From Adineta vaga (Eukaryota; Animalia; Rotifera): a DNA stretch of 64,000 nt. The DNA lies in the NCBI GenBank assembly GCA_021613535.1, contig CP075492.1:3286001-3350000 (forward strand). The letters are read 5' to 3'. Shown here piece after piece: positions 61,083 through 64,000 of this stretch; the first letter of the stretch is position 1; each line of letters begins with the position of its first letter. Below the pieces are notes generated by a model that was not told where the DNA came from, ran no database searches, and worked only from the letters and a program-made list of their open reading frames with translations. Made by a program: the position numbers and the translations under genes.

Positions 61083-64000
61083 TGTATGAATAAAGAAACT
61101 TTGCGATAAAACGATATTTCAATGGAAGAAACTTTCTACTTTTAAAGTTTCATGCACTGGTTGTTGTTGATCACAATTCTGTATGATTCTATCCGTATCA
61201 TCATTTTGTAAATTGGAACTTAAAAATCAAATGAAAACAAAATCGATGTTTTCAAAGATCGAAAATCAATTACATTTCTTTCTGTTTTTGTTCATCAAAT
61301 ACTTGTTGCCAATAGGATTCAGCAATAACTTTTTCACGATCTGTTATTTGATGATCCATTGAATTTGTAAGGATATTGACTTGTTTCGAAGGAGTTAAAT
61401 TCGGTAATGGTGCTAGAGAAATAAACAAATCATTATTTGAATTATTTCATTTGATACAATCTTACGAATATGTTTATTTACAAGTAAAGAAGTCGTATCT
61501 GTATCGGAAACAATAACAGATTGTAATCGTTCTGATTTATCTAAAGATGAAAATGAATTATAAGAAATGATTAATATAAATATTGATTTTACTATTTGTT
61601 CTATGATGTCGACGTGATCCAAATAAATTTCTACACATCGAACAAAGATACATAAAGAATTGTCCAAGATAACATAGAATATTAAATGGTGGAGGTAAAA
61701 CAGTTTTATCTTTCATCTCATAAATTAACCAAAATCGTTGATTTCTCCATAAATCATTGGATTTTTCTTGAACACGTGTAATCTTTTCACTAAATAATAT
61801 CCATAATTAAATCCTTCGATATCATATTCAAAATAACCTGATTTTCTTACTTAAATAATGCAATAAGAACATTAAGAAGAAGTACATTCGATATAACTGT
61901 AAAACCAATTGCAAAAAAGAAAACAAATGTACCACTGATATCATTTTCTAAAATGATTTCATTGTGTATGTTTTTTATTTCGCCATAATTATTCAAATAT
62001 TTTTGTCTACATACCACTAACAGAATCATTATAAGGTTCAGCAACTTGTCCAAATACTTTCCATATACCCCAATTGAATAAATCTCGTAATAATTGCCAA
62101 TTCCATAATTCACTACTATCCACGATTATTCTTGGAATTTGTAATGATGTATTATCCGATGCATTTGGCCAAAGAATTTGTGAATTCGTTGTTAAAAGTG
62201 CCCAAGACGAAACCGAAAAACCAAAAAGAATAATAAGAATAAAACAGACAAAGATCATCATCGCATCTTTTGTCTAAAAGAAACAATTATTAAATGAATT
62301 TTTATAATCTTCAATATAATTTCACCATTTCATAGATCATTGTTAATTTTGGTCCTAATTGTTTCGATGTAGCAAAGAAGAACAGTATTCGAATATACCA
62401 AATGACACAAGAAATCGACATGAATATTCTATATAAAAAAAGATAATCAAGATCTTTGGACAAAGAGACAAGTTTGTACTCCATACACCATAAGTTTTCT
62501 TTTCAATCTCTCGGTACTCTCGATGAATAGGTGATCTGAACTGACATAAGAAGGATTAGAAAAAGCATGTTTCTGACAGACGAGATATATGAAACGCGTT
62601 CTCTAACCGTTCGCCTTGATCTGGACGTTCACTCCGGAAAGAGAAAGAAATAACTTACTTTGACCAAATGAAAAATATTCGTTGTTCAGACCATCGCGTA
62701 CCAAATGCTAATAAATAGAAAAGTATACCAGCTTGATCCATCCAATTCCATGAATTTGTACTATAATTATAATTCATTAGAAGTTGTGAAATAAACTAAA
62801 GATAAATAATTCATTTTCAAAAATTCCAAAGAAAGAAAAACAAACTTGATATAATTCATCAATAATTAAACTCCACATACAAATATGTAAGATTAATTCT
62901 GTGAATGAAATTGGTAAATTAAAATATCTATAATGATATTCCATATCAACATTGAATGGAAAATAGCCAACCAAAAGAATATAACTGAATACGAATAAAA
63001 AAGCAACGAAAAATACCTAAGTAAAAGAAATGAAAGAAAAGAATTTTCATTGAATTGATGCAAAACATCTTGTTTTTACTAAATTATTATAAAAACGTAT
63101 CACTGGTGCTTGATAAAACCATTTGATTCGTTTTAAATTATTTGAAATACTCCATCGATTTGATAAACCATCTTTTGGTGTTGCTACTTTATAAACAACA
63201 GTTGCTTCATAAGGATTCGATGAATTCGATTTCTTGAAAACATTTAAACAAAAACAAAAATTCTCAAATCATTCATTTTCATTTGTAATTACCGTTTTAG
63301 AATTATTTAAACTATTCTTAAATAAAGATGGACATAAAATTGGTAAAATTGGTATTAACGGAAAAAGTAATGCAGCAAATTTAATCTATAACGAAAGAAA
63401 ATAAAGACAAAATCTTTTCATTGAAATCTTTTTAACAAACCCAAAAAGTCGCCGAAATATTTAATAATCTTTGTTGATAATTAAATCGATGATACCACAT
63501 GATTTCTAAATGTTTTTGTATTGTATCACTTGCAAGAAATATTCGACAATTAGCACGTTGGGCAATATCCAATGGAAAACAATTATAAAATGTTGATGCT
63601 TTACATTCAAGTAATTTCAATGCAAAATCTTTATCTGTCGATAAACATTTATCAATAATCATTCGAGAATGTTGATCAAATTCTCTACAAAAAAGGAAAA
63701 TAATCATCAAATACGAAGAAAAAGAAATTTACTCGGCTGTATTTTCTAAACATCGTTTATTTTTTCTCACAATTTTTTCAGCTGAACTATAAATTTCAAC
63801 AGCAAGAAGACTTGCAACTATTTGATTCTAAAGAAAAATAATTTTCAATAAATATGAATAATTCAAATTACAATTCGTTTTACTCGACTTCTTGAACAAA
63901 GATATTTGGCAATTGCGGGTTTATTCATAAATATAAACCAAAGATAAAGTGCTTCAGTTTTTCTTCCATCGAATATTTTTGATAATGAAAGAAAATTTCG
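54610..64000 (-). CDS. TRPM-like cation channel (5' part outside the window) fused to a C-terminal array of about 47 LRR exons
   Basis: MHR4-like PLDIAQRANCRIFLASDTIQKHLEIMW, WFYQAPVIRFY, YIRILFFF..SKQLGPKL.MI, SNVLLLNVLIALFN, W..QRF..I.E....LPPPF. In-frame linker exons lead to repeats T(L)..L.L..N.I...G...LA..L..N. Stop at 54610-54612. Confidence 0.85.

Noticed and set aside
1-64000. Bacterial contamination or a prokaryotic operon; rRNA or tRNA genes
   Set aside because: Bacterial-like genes are interleaved with spliced metazoan genes at similar low GC. No RNA-gene structure was recognised.

Overview
This is AT-rich eukaryotic DNA with many short (~50-60 nt) GT-AG introns. The gene repertoire (orphan intron-poor GPCRs, ART-TPR proteins, NHL, Kelch and FG-GAP proteins on Thr-rich stalks, F-box-like proteins, many bacterial- or fungal-looking genes) points to a bdelloid rotifer; this is inference, not proven. 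From 1 to 54 kb it is an accessory-type region of about 20 genes, several carrying single lesions, plus decayed fragments and transposon remnants. From 54.6 to 64 kb it is the 3' part of one large minus-strand gene. Two observations stand out. (1) A TRPM-type channel splices in frame from the TRP domain into about 47 consecutive, mostly 84-nt, phase-0 exons encoding one LRR each. (2) About 20 short imperfect palindromes built from bdelloid telomere-like TGTGGG/TGAGGG units (ATCTTGAGGGTGTGGG...CCCACACCCTCAAGAT) occur roughly one per intergenic interval, and some bracket a reverse-transcriptase fragment or a fungal-type FAD-oxidase fragment. All family assignments are by eye from motifs; no searches were run, and exon coordinates may be off by a few bases.
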